From assembly GCF_009914755.1 (NCBI RefSeq), contig NC_060935.1: a stretch of DNA of 64,000 nt. One strand, given 5' to 3'. This stretch comes from the human T2T-CHM13v2.0 reference genome, Homo sapiens. The position numbers were made by a program, and so were the translations under genes. The notes below the pieces were generated by a model. That model ran no database searches, had not been told where the DNA came from, and saw only the letters and a list, made by a program, of their open reading frames with translations. Of this stretch, positions 22,931-32,905 are shown piece after piece. Within the stretch, counting starts at the first letter, position 1. Each line of letters starts with the position of its first letter.

Positions 22931-25900
22931 GGGCTAAGCCAGGTCCAGAAATGGGAATGGAGAGGAAGGAGATAAAGGGGGATGAGAAAGGGGTGGGGGA
23001 GCAGGAGCACAGGGGCTGGGGAGGTGGAGCAGAGCTGGGTGGTGGGGCGGGGGGTCTGGCAGCCAGGAGGGCTGGCTGCCTCTCCAGGGACTCCCTTGTT
23101 TACCCACAAGGCGGCCCCAGCAGTGTGAAAGCCAGGGGACATATGGGCAGGGAGGAAGTTCAGTGGGAGGGCATTTATGCAAACATTCGCTTGTCTCTGC
23201 TCCTGGGCGTCTTAAATATTGTCTGAGTTAAAATCTGGCTTCCCTGCCTTCCACGGGATTAGAGCACTTTGCTCGGTGCCAAGTGAGACGGTGGCATTTC
23301 TGCTGAATACCTAGGTTTGGGCAAGAAGGAGCTCCCTGAGCTCTGCACAGCAGCTGGGCACAGGGCTGCACAGGACAGGGCAAGGTCCTAGTGCGCAAGG
23401 AGGCACCCTATGTCTAGGGAACTGACCATGTGTGTGTTTACTCTGTTTGCCGAGAGAGGATGGGATAGAGTTCTTGGAGTCTGGGATGGAATCGTGGGGA
23501 ACGAGAACCAGCCAATGTGTGTGTGACCTGAATATAAAAAGAATTCTGAAAATACTTTATAAAGTTGTTCTGCCCTCCAAGACACCCCAACCCTGCTTCC
23601 ATTTGTCTGATTGTTAACTAAAGTTGTTTTCTCTGTCATGAGGTTGTTCCCCATCCTAGACCTCAGTGGAAACACTAGTTAGGTTTGCTCTGAGCATGTT
23701 TTCTCTCTCTCGCCTCTACCCTCATGGCTCTCCCATTCTTGGCATGCTCCAGGCTCTAGGTAGCTCTGCTACCTGCTTGTCCTTCCTTCCCCATAGGAGG
23801 GTCATGGGGCACTTGGCAAAGGGAGCTACCCTCACCCCAAGAGCATGAACTGCTGTGCTGGTTTTCCTCTAGACATTTTGGTGCCCGGCTTTATCTCTCT
23901 GAACCTCAGATTTTGCCTCTCACAAACTGGGATCACCCACTCTCATGGGGAAATTCTGAATTGCATGGTTACCATGACTACAAGTTTCCCCTCAAACCTT
24001 CTGGGCATCCTTCTTCATCTTAGAATTCTCCATCCAGGATTCCTCCAGCCCAAGGAAAGGGCACCAGAGGTCTCCATGGCCATGCCCCTGCATCCAGGCA
24101 GCAATCCTGAAAAAGGAGCACACCAAGAATGAATTAAGGCCACTTCCACCAGCTCTCTCTTTCCACTTCCCTTGGCTTACCCACGGAAAAACAACTTTTC
24201 TTTTCCCCCCCAAGAAAAAGAAGGAAACTCAAATTAAAAATGTAAGAGTTCAAAATAACCCTCAGTTCTTAACTCTCATCAATTTGACTGTTTCTTTCAC
24301 TACCCACGCGTCGGCTTCGACCAGACACCCACCCAGCAGTACTTATGCAAAAGATATTGGCAGCTGTTACTAACCCAAGACGCGAATTGGTGCTCAGAGT
24401 GGCTTTGTTACCATCCCTCTGTCTGTTCTTTGTGTCTCTGGAGATTTTCCTCTGTCTAATGAGGGCCCTGGTGCCCTTGGAAGGGCCCTAGGCTGCTGCA
24501 GTGCTGCACCCTCACCTCCCAAGTGAGTAAGGCCATGTGAAAGTTGGCCATCCCCCACGACCTCCACCACGTCATTGAATGCCATGTTTCTGTTAATTGG
24601 ACTGTGTCATCTCAGGGACCGTTATTTATTAATAGATGCTCGGAGCCCTGGACAAGTTCATCATGATCACCAGAGGACTTGAAAGAGGCCAAGGGACAGA
24701 TGGGTATTGCCGAGTGTGAGGGCAGTCTGCTTGAATTCCAGGCACACCCTCCTTGATGATGCTGCAGAAGGAAATCCACCATGATTATTGGAGAGAGGCC
24801 AGCTCCGTTGATATTAGAGCAAGCAGTCAGTGTGTGTGGACCCGCCCAACCCACTGCAGGGCAGGTGTCTCCTCCAGGTCATGATGTCCCAGGTGGGGCT
24901 GGCTGCCCTCAGGTTTGTGCTGATAAGCCAGGGGCACCTGGATAGATGGAGAAGGTCTGGTTCCAGGGAACAGCAGGCTTATTACTACCACAACCCTGTG
25001 TTCCCAGTGTCTGCTTGGGTCCTGGCATGGGTTTATCATTGGAGTCATTTCATTCATTGTTCTGCCGCTGAGCCCAGCTGCAGATAAAATAGTCTGAAAA
25101 GCTAGTTGAGGGGAAGGCGCTCCCTTTCTTCTAGAGTTTTCTGAGGAAGAACCTGACACAGCTCCCTATAGTCACGCACAACAATGCTGGCAGCCCCACT
25201 CCTGAAACCCTCCCAGCGCGTTTCATGCTGCAGATGTAGTCAGCAGAAGCAGATGGTCAGGGTGGTCTAAGCAGACAGGTAGGGGCTGGAGACACCCAGG
25301 GAGGGCCTCATGCTGGCTCCTCCACCCCCACGTGGGTTGCTCACTGGCTGTGCTCCCAGGACGTCCCTCACAGGAGACTGAAACCAACACCCTGGCCACT
25401 TGTTGGCTTAGGGCCCCTGAACCCATACATGTCCTTGAAAAATTCATGCAGGCTACTTACTCCAGGCTGAGGAGGCCCAGCTTAAGCCTCTGGGCAGCAG
25501 AGCCCACACTCCCTTCCACCTGTTGCTGCCATGGGGCCACCCAATGGTGCTTTTATACCAGCAGGGCCTATAGGGGAGCCAGTTCCAGGAGCAGGCCAGG
25601 ACTAGGCACCTCACATGCCTCGCCCTCATCATCCTGGCTTTGCCAGGGAGGGATGGGGGAGCCTGCAAATGAGGCAGGAAAGAGTATACAGACTATGTGG
25701 TCCCAGCAAGAGGCCAAAGCCAAGGGAGACATCAGGAGAGGCACTTGAGGACATCCAAGCCGAGAGACTCAGAGTCTATATAGGGAGTGGTCCCCAAGGA
25801 CACTGGCCATGGAACTGAAGGTCCAGGACAGAACTTCAAGACCCAAGATAGCGGCACTTTCCCAGCTGGCTTCCAGAGCCCGGGGCGAGGCTGGACCTGC

Positions 25901-26084
25901 AGGTGGAAGAGCAATCCTTCAGCAGCAGAGGGAGGAGGGGGCAATGGGGAGAGGCGCGGCACCAAGCAGACTATTCCAGAGCAGGACTGGTGCCCAGGCA
26001 GAAGGAAGACCCAAATAGACCAAGACTGGGTTCAGGAATGAAATGGGTTAGTGGATCGTCCTCTTCTACTTTGTTTCGCTTGGA

Positions 26085-26560
26085 AATAGATTTCATTTTT
26101 AATTGTATAAGTAATATGTGAATATATTCTTGTAAAAATTCAAACAAGAAAAGTGAAGCAAAAGTTCTCGTTATTTAACTCCACCATCTGCCCTCCCCAG
26201 TCCCACTGCCCTCCCTAAAGGGAATGACCATGGTCAGGTTAGTGTTTAGATAGGTAAGGTAGGTAGATAGATGATAGAGATAGATAGATGGGTAGATAGA
26301 TGAGGGAGATAGATAGATGATTCACTGTTTGATAGATAGATAATTTATGTGGCTTGCCTTTTTCACCTGACAATATTCCTTGGCATCATTTCCATCCTTA
26401 TGGAGGGATCCATTTCACTCATTTAATTGTTGCATGGAGTTGCATTGATCAGGGGTAACATAGTTTAACTGTAACCCTATTGATGGATGTTTATTTTGTT
26501 GTTGTTTTCTTATTGTTTCACAATAAGCACCCCTTTACATGGCTGCCACAGATTTTAAAA
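26085..26560 (-). mobile_element. Old L1ME-like 3' fragment containing a (TAGA)n tract
   Basis: ttttaattgtataagtaata...tttttcacctgacaatatt...cctattgatggatgttta; (taga)n at ~26245-26342. Confidence 0.6.
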
Positions 26561-27290
26561 TAGGCCCATGAGTGACTGGTGGGGGCAGGAGTCCCTTGGG
26601 ATCTTTTGGGGAACTGGGGTGTGGAGAAACTGGGCTAGATTGAAGCCAGGCCACTAAACAGTCTCCAAATGACTCCTGTGTCTTGGCCAGCTTCTCAGAG
26701 CAGCTGCTTCCAGTGGAGTCTGGGGTGCCTCCCACCCTGGAGCCTCTGGTGCCCTGTGTCTCATGGGGGTCATCCCTTGCTGACCCTTAGGCCTACAGCT
26801 TGTACAAGTGGCCACATTCCACCCATGAATGTCTTGCAGGAAAAGGCACAAAATCTATGTTCTGGCCTGATCCAGGCAGGTTAAAATCAGAGCCCCGCAT
26901 TGGAGTGAGAGCCTGATAATAATCCTCTCACTGCACCAATTTCCAACAGATTTGTTCCCTCTCAAAATGATCACAAACAATATTCCTGCAGCAGCCCCAG
27001 CCAAGGGACGTGTGCTATTTTGAGCTGTTTTTGGTAATTGGTTAATGCGGAGGATGAGTGGGAGGAAGACGCAAGGGCCTTTGTAGACGTGGTGCTGATG
27101 TCATGGCTGAGTTTACAGAGACATGGTTTCCTATGTAGCTTTGGGAACAATTTCTCCCCCTGATCACGTGTCTCCGGGACAGTTGAGTAGCAGAGTAGCA
27201 GGTGGCTCCTTTGTTCTCAAACCTGTCATGCAGTCCCAGGCTTCACTGGGCTATGGTCTTAGTGCATGGTCTCAGAAAGAAGTCAGGTAA

Positions 27291-27427
27291 GGGGGGGCAC
27301 AGTGTGGCTTACACCTGTAATCCCGGCATCTGGGGAGGGTGAGGTTGGAGGATCACTGAGCCCAGGAGTTCAAGATGAGCCTGGGTAACATAGCGAGATC
27401 CCATCTCTATAAAACAACTACAAAAAA
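27291..27427 (+). mobile_element. Alu left monomer (FLAM-like)
   Basis: Single arm plus A-rich tail; TSD tcaggtaa at 27283-27290 and 27428-27435. Confidence 0.85.
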
Positions 27428-27654
27428 TCAGGTAAACGACCAGGCATGTTACAAAAACAGAAAATGGAAAACCAAAAATAATAATAATAAAGATGATACA
27501 GGCAGCCTGCCAAAGGCCCAGGAGGTCAGCAGTGAAAGGCAGAGGGTTTCCTTGTTTGTGTGCTATGAAAAGACACCTCTGAGTTCCCTTCTCTTTCTCC
27601 TGCCGCGTCTCCTTGCACGTTGATGGAGTGCCTTCTACAGTCCTTGCAGGAAAG

Positions 27655-27880
27655 CCATGGTATCTCATAAGAGCAAGGGCTCTAGAGCTGGGCATTGGCT
27701 GAGTTCAAATCCTGCCTCTCACTTTTGATACCTAACTCTGTGCCTTGATTTTCTCATCTGAAAAATGGGCATGATAACATACTTCCCCTAGAGGGTTATG
27801 GTGAAAGCTCAGTGAGATGAAGCCCAGTGCCTGGCACGCAGCAAATGCACACAAGGTGGCGGCCATTAGTATTACTTATT
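27655..27880 (+). mobile_element. MIR
   Basis: gagttcaaatcctgcctct...ttctcatctgaaaaatggg...cagtgcctggcac. Confidence 0.75.
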
Positions 27881-28010
27881 CGCCTGTGTTGTGATGCTCT
27901 CTTTAGCTTTCTATTTCTTCCACTAGGCTGTGAGTTCTTTCCAGAGATCTTAACCATGTTCTTTATTGTCTCCTCAATACAGGCCCTCAAAATAGGCTGA
28001 ATGAAAAGAG

Positions 28011-28494
28011 GTGTGATCGATGAAAACTGGCCGCTCCTTCTTTGCAACTCCTTCCATTAGGTGGTGGAGTCTACGTTGCCCTCCCTTTGATCCAGGCTGG
28101 CCACACAAATTACTTTCACCAACAGAATGCTGTAGAAGTGATACTGCATGACCTCTGAGCCCAGGCCTTAAGGGACTTTGCAGCTTCTGTTCTTGGCCTC
28201 TGGCTGCTCTGTGACTACCATGGAAGGAGTTCCACACTAACCTCCTGTAGGGTAAGAGACACGTGGAGGCAGACTGAGCCTCCCAGCCATCCCACTGAGG
28301 CTCCAGGCGTGCCAGTGATGTACCTGGCTGAAGCCTGGCCCCCAGTCACCCACTGACGGCAGCTGCAAAGGTGCCCGTGATGAGGTGAGCAGAAGCCTAG
28401 AAGAAATTGCAGAATCATGAACAAATGGATAGCTGCCGTTTTCAGCCACCAAGTCTTGGAGTGGTTTTTCATGCAGCAATAGATACATGAGACA
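28011..28494 (+). mobile_element. MLT1 (H-like) MaLR solo LTR
   Basis: tgtg start; ggtggagtcta...accaacagaatg...agccaccaagtcttggagtggtt...gcagcaatagatacatgagaca end. Confidence 0.75.
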
Positions 28495-29374
28495 GGAAGC
28501 TTTGGAAGAAGTCATTTTAGCATTCATAAGGGACAAGGAGGGCAAGCTGGGCCTAGCTGGATTGGATAGTCGAATTTCAGAAGGTAGCATTGCCTAGATT
28601 CAGAAAAAGACCATTGCAATCCCACAGATAGGAGCTCTAAAAGTAAGGTGGCTCAGGAGGGCTGAGAGCATCTCAAACAGTGAGTTCTGGTGCTATAATC
28701 ACAAATGAAGCTGATAAAGAAAACAAAGGTATTGTCATAGAAAAACACTGTGATACCCAAGGAGCCCTGTCCTGAGCTCAGATTATAAAGGGGCTTGCAG
28801 GGTATGGAGCGGTGGGGCCAGTGTCTATGTCCCAGGAAGACATAAACATGACACAGACCTGTGTGAAGGGTACCAGGGGCACCGTGGTCCACAGTGAGCT
28901 GGCAGTGCCAGCAACAATAAAAATGGGCACATTGAAAATTTTTGAAGCAAGAAGAACAAGGGGCGAGCCCCTCTCTTTATGGTGGACATTATCATGTTGA
29001 GAGAGGTTTGAGCAAAGCAATCTTCCCACTTTGCTTGTTTCCTGTCAAGGACAATATTCCCTGATCTGGAGAAAGTAGAAAAAAATACAGCTGAGAGAAC
29101 TGAAGCCCAAATAAGATGAGGCAGTAGCAAGAACATGCTTGTTGTTGTTCGAGATTTTTATTCCCCAGCCAAAAATGTCTTTTATTCTAGAGCTCAAGAA
29201 GAGTTCTTGCAGGATGGTGGCCACACTAATAGTTCTCGCTATGGCAGGGTTTCTCCAGGGTGGTCACCTGTATCAGAATCCCACCCCCACATCCCCAACA
29301 CAGCTGCTTGGCAAGAGCACAGCCTTCCCAACTCTCTCTCCCACTTATAATGTCAGACTCTAGGGTGGGGATCA

Positions 29375-29615
29375 GCATTTAGTTAGTGAACACATGCGTA
29401 CGACTCCCTGACACTGTTCTAGACAATGTAGACATAACTCTCCTTTAATCTTCATAACAATCCTATGTGGGAGATTCTATATGACCTCTATTTTAGAGAT
29501 AAGAAAACTGAGGCCCAGAGAAGTTGAATGGCCAGGGACATGGAAGGTGGCAGAGTTGGAACTTGAGCATAGGCCATCAGTCTAGCTCCAGAAGCCATGC
29601 TCCTAACCACTGGGA
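29375..29615 (-). mobile_element. MIR
   Basis: tttaatcttcataacaatcctatg...agataagaaaactgaggcccagagaag...ctcctaaccact. Confidence 0.8.
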
Positions 29616-29726
29616 TATGTGGCCTAGTGGATTATGGCCTAGTGGCCCATGGACTCCAGACAAGAACCACAGGCATCCTCCTGCACAGTTACATTTGCAA
29701 ACCACTGCTTTAAATAATACCCAAAC

Positions 29727-30370
29727 TGCCTGTAATCCCAGCACTTTGGGAGGCCAAGACAGGAGGATTGCTTGAAGCCAGGAGTTTGAGAAAAGGCTGG
29801 GCAACATAGTGAGATGCTGTATTAGTTCATTCTCATGCTGCCAATAAAGATATACCCAAGACCGGGTAATTTATAAAGGAAAGAGGTTTGATGGACTCAC
29901 AGTTCCACTTGGCTGGGGAGGCCTCACAATCATGGTGGAAGGCAAAGGAGAAGAAAAGGCACATCTTACATGGTGGCAGGCAAGAGAGAGCGTGTGCAGG
30001 GAAACTTACCTTTATAAAACCATCAGATCTTGTGAGACTTAGTCACTATCATGAGAATAGCACAGGAAAGACCTGCCCCCATGATTAAATACCTCCCACC
30101 AGGTCCCTCCCACAACATGTGAGAATTATGGGAGCTACAATTCCAGATAAGATTTAAGTGGAGACACAGCCAAACCATATCAAACACTATCTCAGAAAAC
30201 TAAAAAACTAGGAATGGTGGCACACACCTGTAGTCCCAGCTTCAAGAGACTGAGGCTGAAGCAAAAGGATCACTTGAGCCCAGGAGTTGGAGGTGAGGCT
30301 GCAGTGAGATATAATTGTGCCACTGCACTCCAGCCTGGATGACAGAGTGATAGCCTGTATCTTAAAAAAA
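29727..30370 (+). mobile_element. AluJ interrupted by THE1C
   Basis: Left arm 29727-29817 (ggattgcttgaagccaggagtttgag); remainder 30183-30370. Confidence 0.85.
29818..30182 (-). mobile_element. THE1C solo LTR (MaLR)
   Basis: tgtattagttcattctcatgctgc...gtgtgcagggaaac...acagccaaaccatatca. Confidence 0.9.
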
Positions 30371-30375
30371 TTCTG

Positions 30376-30550
30376 ACACCTGTAATCCCAGCTACTCAGG
30401 AGGCAGAGGCATGAGAATTGAGTTGTTTGAACCCAGGAGGTGAAGGTTGCAGTGAGCCAAGATCACGTCACTGCACTCCAGTCCGGGTGACAGAGAAAGA
30501 CTCTGCCTCAAAAAAAAAAAAAAAAAAAAAAGAAAAGAAAAAAGAAAAAA
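30376..30550 (+). mobile_element. Alu right-arm fragment with long poly-A
   Basis: cacctgtaatcccagctactcaggagg...gactctgcctc followed by an A-rich tail. Confidence 0.9.
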
Positions 30551-30779
30551 TCCTGAGAATGGGAGAGATAGAGAGAGAAGGAGAAATGCTGTCTCCAAAT
30601 ATAAGACCCTAGAGTCTATCATCTTTGGTAAAGCCTTAGCACAGTCATTAAATAGATGGTTTGTGATCACTTAGAGAAATGGTGAGTATCAGGAACCAGC
30701 ATAGGTTCACTAAGCATGAGCCAAGTCAAATGAGCTCATTTATTCTATTGAGAGCATGGTTGGACCAGAGCATCTGGAA

Positions 30780-31186
30780 TGTAGCAAACATTTTCCAACA
30801 TCATTTCCACCCCCCGTGATTGGTTCATTTTGGGCCACTAAGCTGATTGAACCAATGAGTCATGAAGACAGACTTGCTTGAGGCTTTGGGGAGAAAGAGA
30901 ATCCAGTCTGTCTCTCTCCTTGAATGGGAACAAAGTATGTTGCCCCAATTACTCTGGCAGCAACCTTAAGAGCCTAAGGGGAACCACATTATGCTATAAA
31001 TGGTAGACAAGAGATGGATGGAATCTGAGTCTCTGCTGACATCATTGAGCGACTGAATCAACCAACCTTGATGCTGCATCTATCTCTAGGCTTCTTATTA
31101 TGTGAGACCATCAGTTTCTTTATTGTTTAAACCACTTTGATTTAGGGCTTCTGTAACCTGCAGAAAAACATATTGTAACTAATACA
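30780..31186 (+). mobile_element. MLT1 (K/J-like) solo LTR
   Basis: tgtagcaaaca start; tgacatcattgagc...ttgtttaaaccactttga...aactaataca end. Confidence 0.7.
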
Positions 31187-32189
31187 AGGGGAATACCCTA
31201 GATATAATGCATTTCAGCTTCAGAAAATTATTTTACTCCAGTTTAAGATATCCCTGTGAGCAAAATGAAGAAATGAGAACTAAATAATATAATTAGGTAG
31301 ATTCACACCAGTAAATCCAAAGTTGACCAGAGACTGGGTGGAACAAGCCAAGTGGTACCTTTAGAACAGCCAGGTGCATGCTCAGGAAAGTTGAGTGTAC
31401 CTGCCTGTAGCAGGAGCCCCAGGCCAGGAGCATTCCGTCTTCTGGAATTTGTGTGGACATTGCCTGAAATGCCTCATTTGTGCCTGTGCATTCCCACGAG
31501 TGGTACATGTCTCAGGCTCCAACATTGGTATATACTTCCCTGAGCTACTGTCTTTTGCAGACCTGATGTCAAGACCTGGGTTTGTCTTCAGGTGCACTCT
31601 TGCCCCCTGGACAGGTGTGAGGTCTCCCAACTTTGGCATTTCTCCCTTGACCTTACCCTTTTCTCCTGGATTGGAACTGATCCCTGCCCTCTAAATCTTC
31701 AGAAGCAACCCCTGACATATCTTTAGTTTCAGTCCAAATATGCAGCCGTGGCTGGCATTTGATGCTGGAACCAATGTAATGCTTCTGTAACCATGCTCCA
31801 CTCCATAAGATATGCAGTTATCTTATGTGAAAACATACTGTTCAATGGCATAATCAAGAGGTAGATTCTGACATGACCCACATCCATGTTTCTCTCAGCT
31901 TCTCAGCCAAGTGTACACACAAGAGATCAGTGTCACTAGTTAGGTGGTCTCTAGTGGGTGATATGAGAAATTTAGCCCTTAAATATCAGCCTGGCTGTAA
32001 TCATCTCCTAGGTATAGAAAGGCATCTTACCCAATTTGCAAATGTCCCAAAGCTGCCAGGCTGGCTAAAGTACAGGCTGACAAACTACAACTTCAAAAAG
32101 ATCCTAAAAGTAGTGGAATAATAGGCTGAGAATGTATTTTTTACTTAACTATTAAAGTAGCCTACAGCAGTTTATGTTAAAAATGGGCT

Positions 32190-32385
32190 GAGCCCGGGCA
32201 ACATAGCAAGGCCCCATCTCTAAAAAAAATTTTTTTTTAATTACTTGGGTGTGGTGGCATGCACCTGTAGTCCCAGCTATTCAGGAGGCTGGGGCGGGAG
32301 GACCTCCTGAGCCCAAGATTCTGAGGCTACAGTGAGCTATGATTGCACCACTGCACTCCCGCCTGGGAGACAGACCAAATAAAAC
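32190..32385 (+). mobile_element. AluJ, 5'-truncated
   Basis: agcccgggcaacatagcaag...gaggctacagtgagctatgattgcaccactgcactcc. Confidence 0.85.
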
Positions 32386-32689
32386 CCCGCAGTTTCTTTA
32401 AAATGGTCTATGATGTCATGTTGCTGCCCAAAAGGCCAATGGCATCTTAGGTTCACACTCGAAGTGTAATGTCCAAACAAAGCAGGTGATATCCCACTGG
32501 GAATCCTTTTGGGGGCCCATATTTGAAAATGGCTATCAAAGGAGAGGGGGCAAAGGAACAGAGGGAAGCCTCTGCAAAGCTCCAGAGCTGGGACCTGGGA
32601 TCAGTCAGTGAAAGTTACAGAGAAGCAGAGGATTCAGCTTATTCTGAAGAATGATTTCCTATACAACAAAACTTAAGACACATTAATAT

Positions 32690-32905
32690 GACAAGTGCTG
32701 TGCAAGGCTATGGGTCATTCAGTCCCAGGTTCAAATCCCAGCTCTGCCGCATGCTAAATGCATCACCACGGACAGCTCGATTTCTCTGAGACTCAATTTA
32801 AGCTACCTCACTGGCTTAATTGCAATAGTCTACCTAGAGGGTTTAGCATAGTGCCAGGCACAGCATCAGTGCTCAATAATCTACAGTAGCATTATTAATA
32901 ACAAC
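32690..32905 (+). mobile_element. MIR
   Basis: ggttcaaatcccagctctgcc...tagcatagtgccaggcacag...gctcaataat. Confidence 0.75.

Noticed and set aside
23510-23541. CCAAT followed by TATAAAAA
   Set aside because: Spacing is short (~20 bp) and there is no downstream exon or other support.
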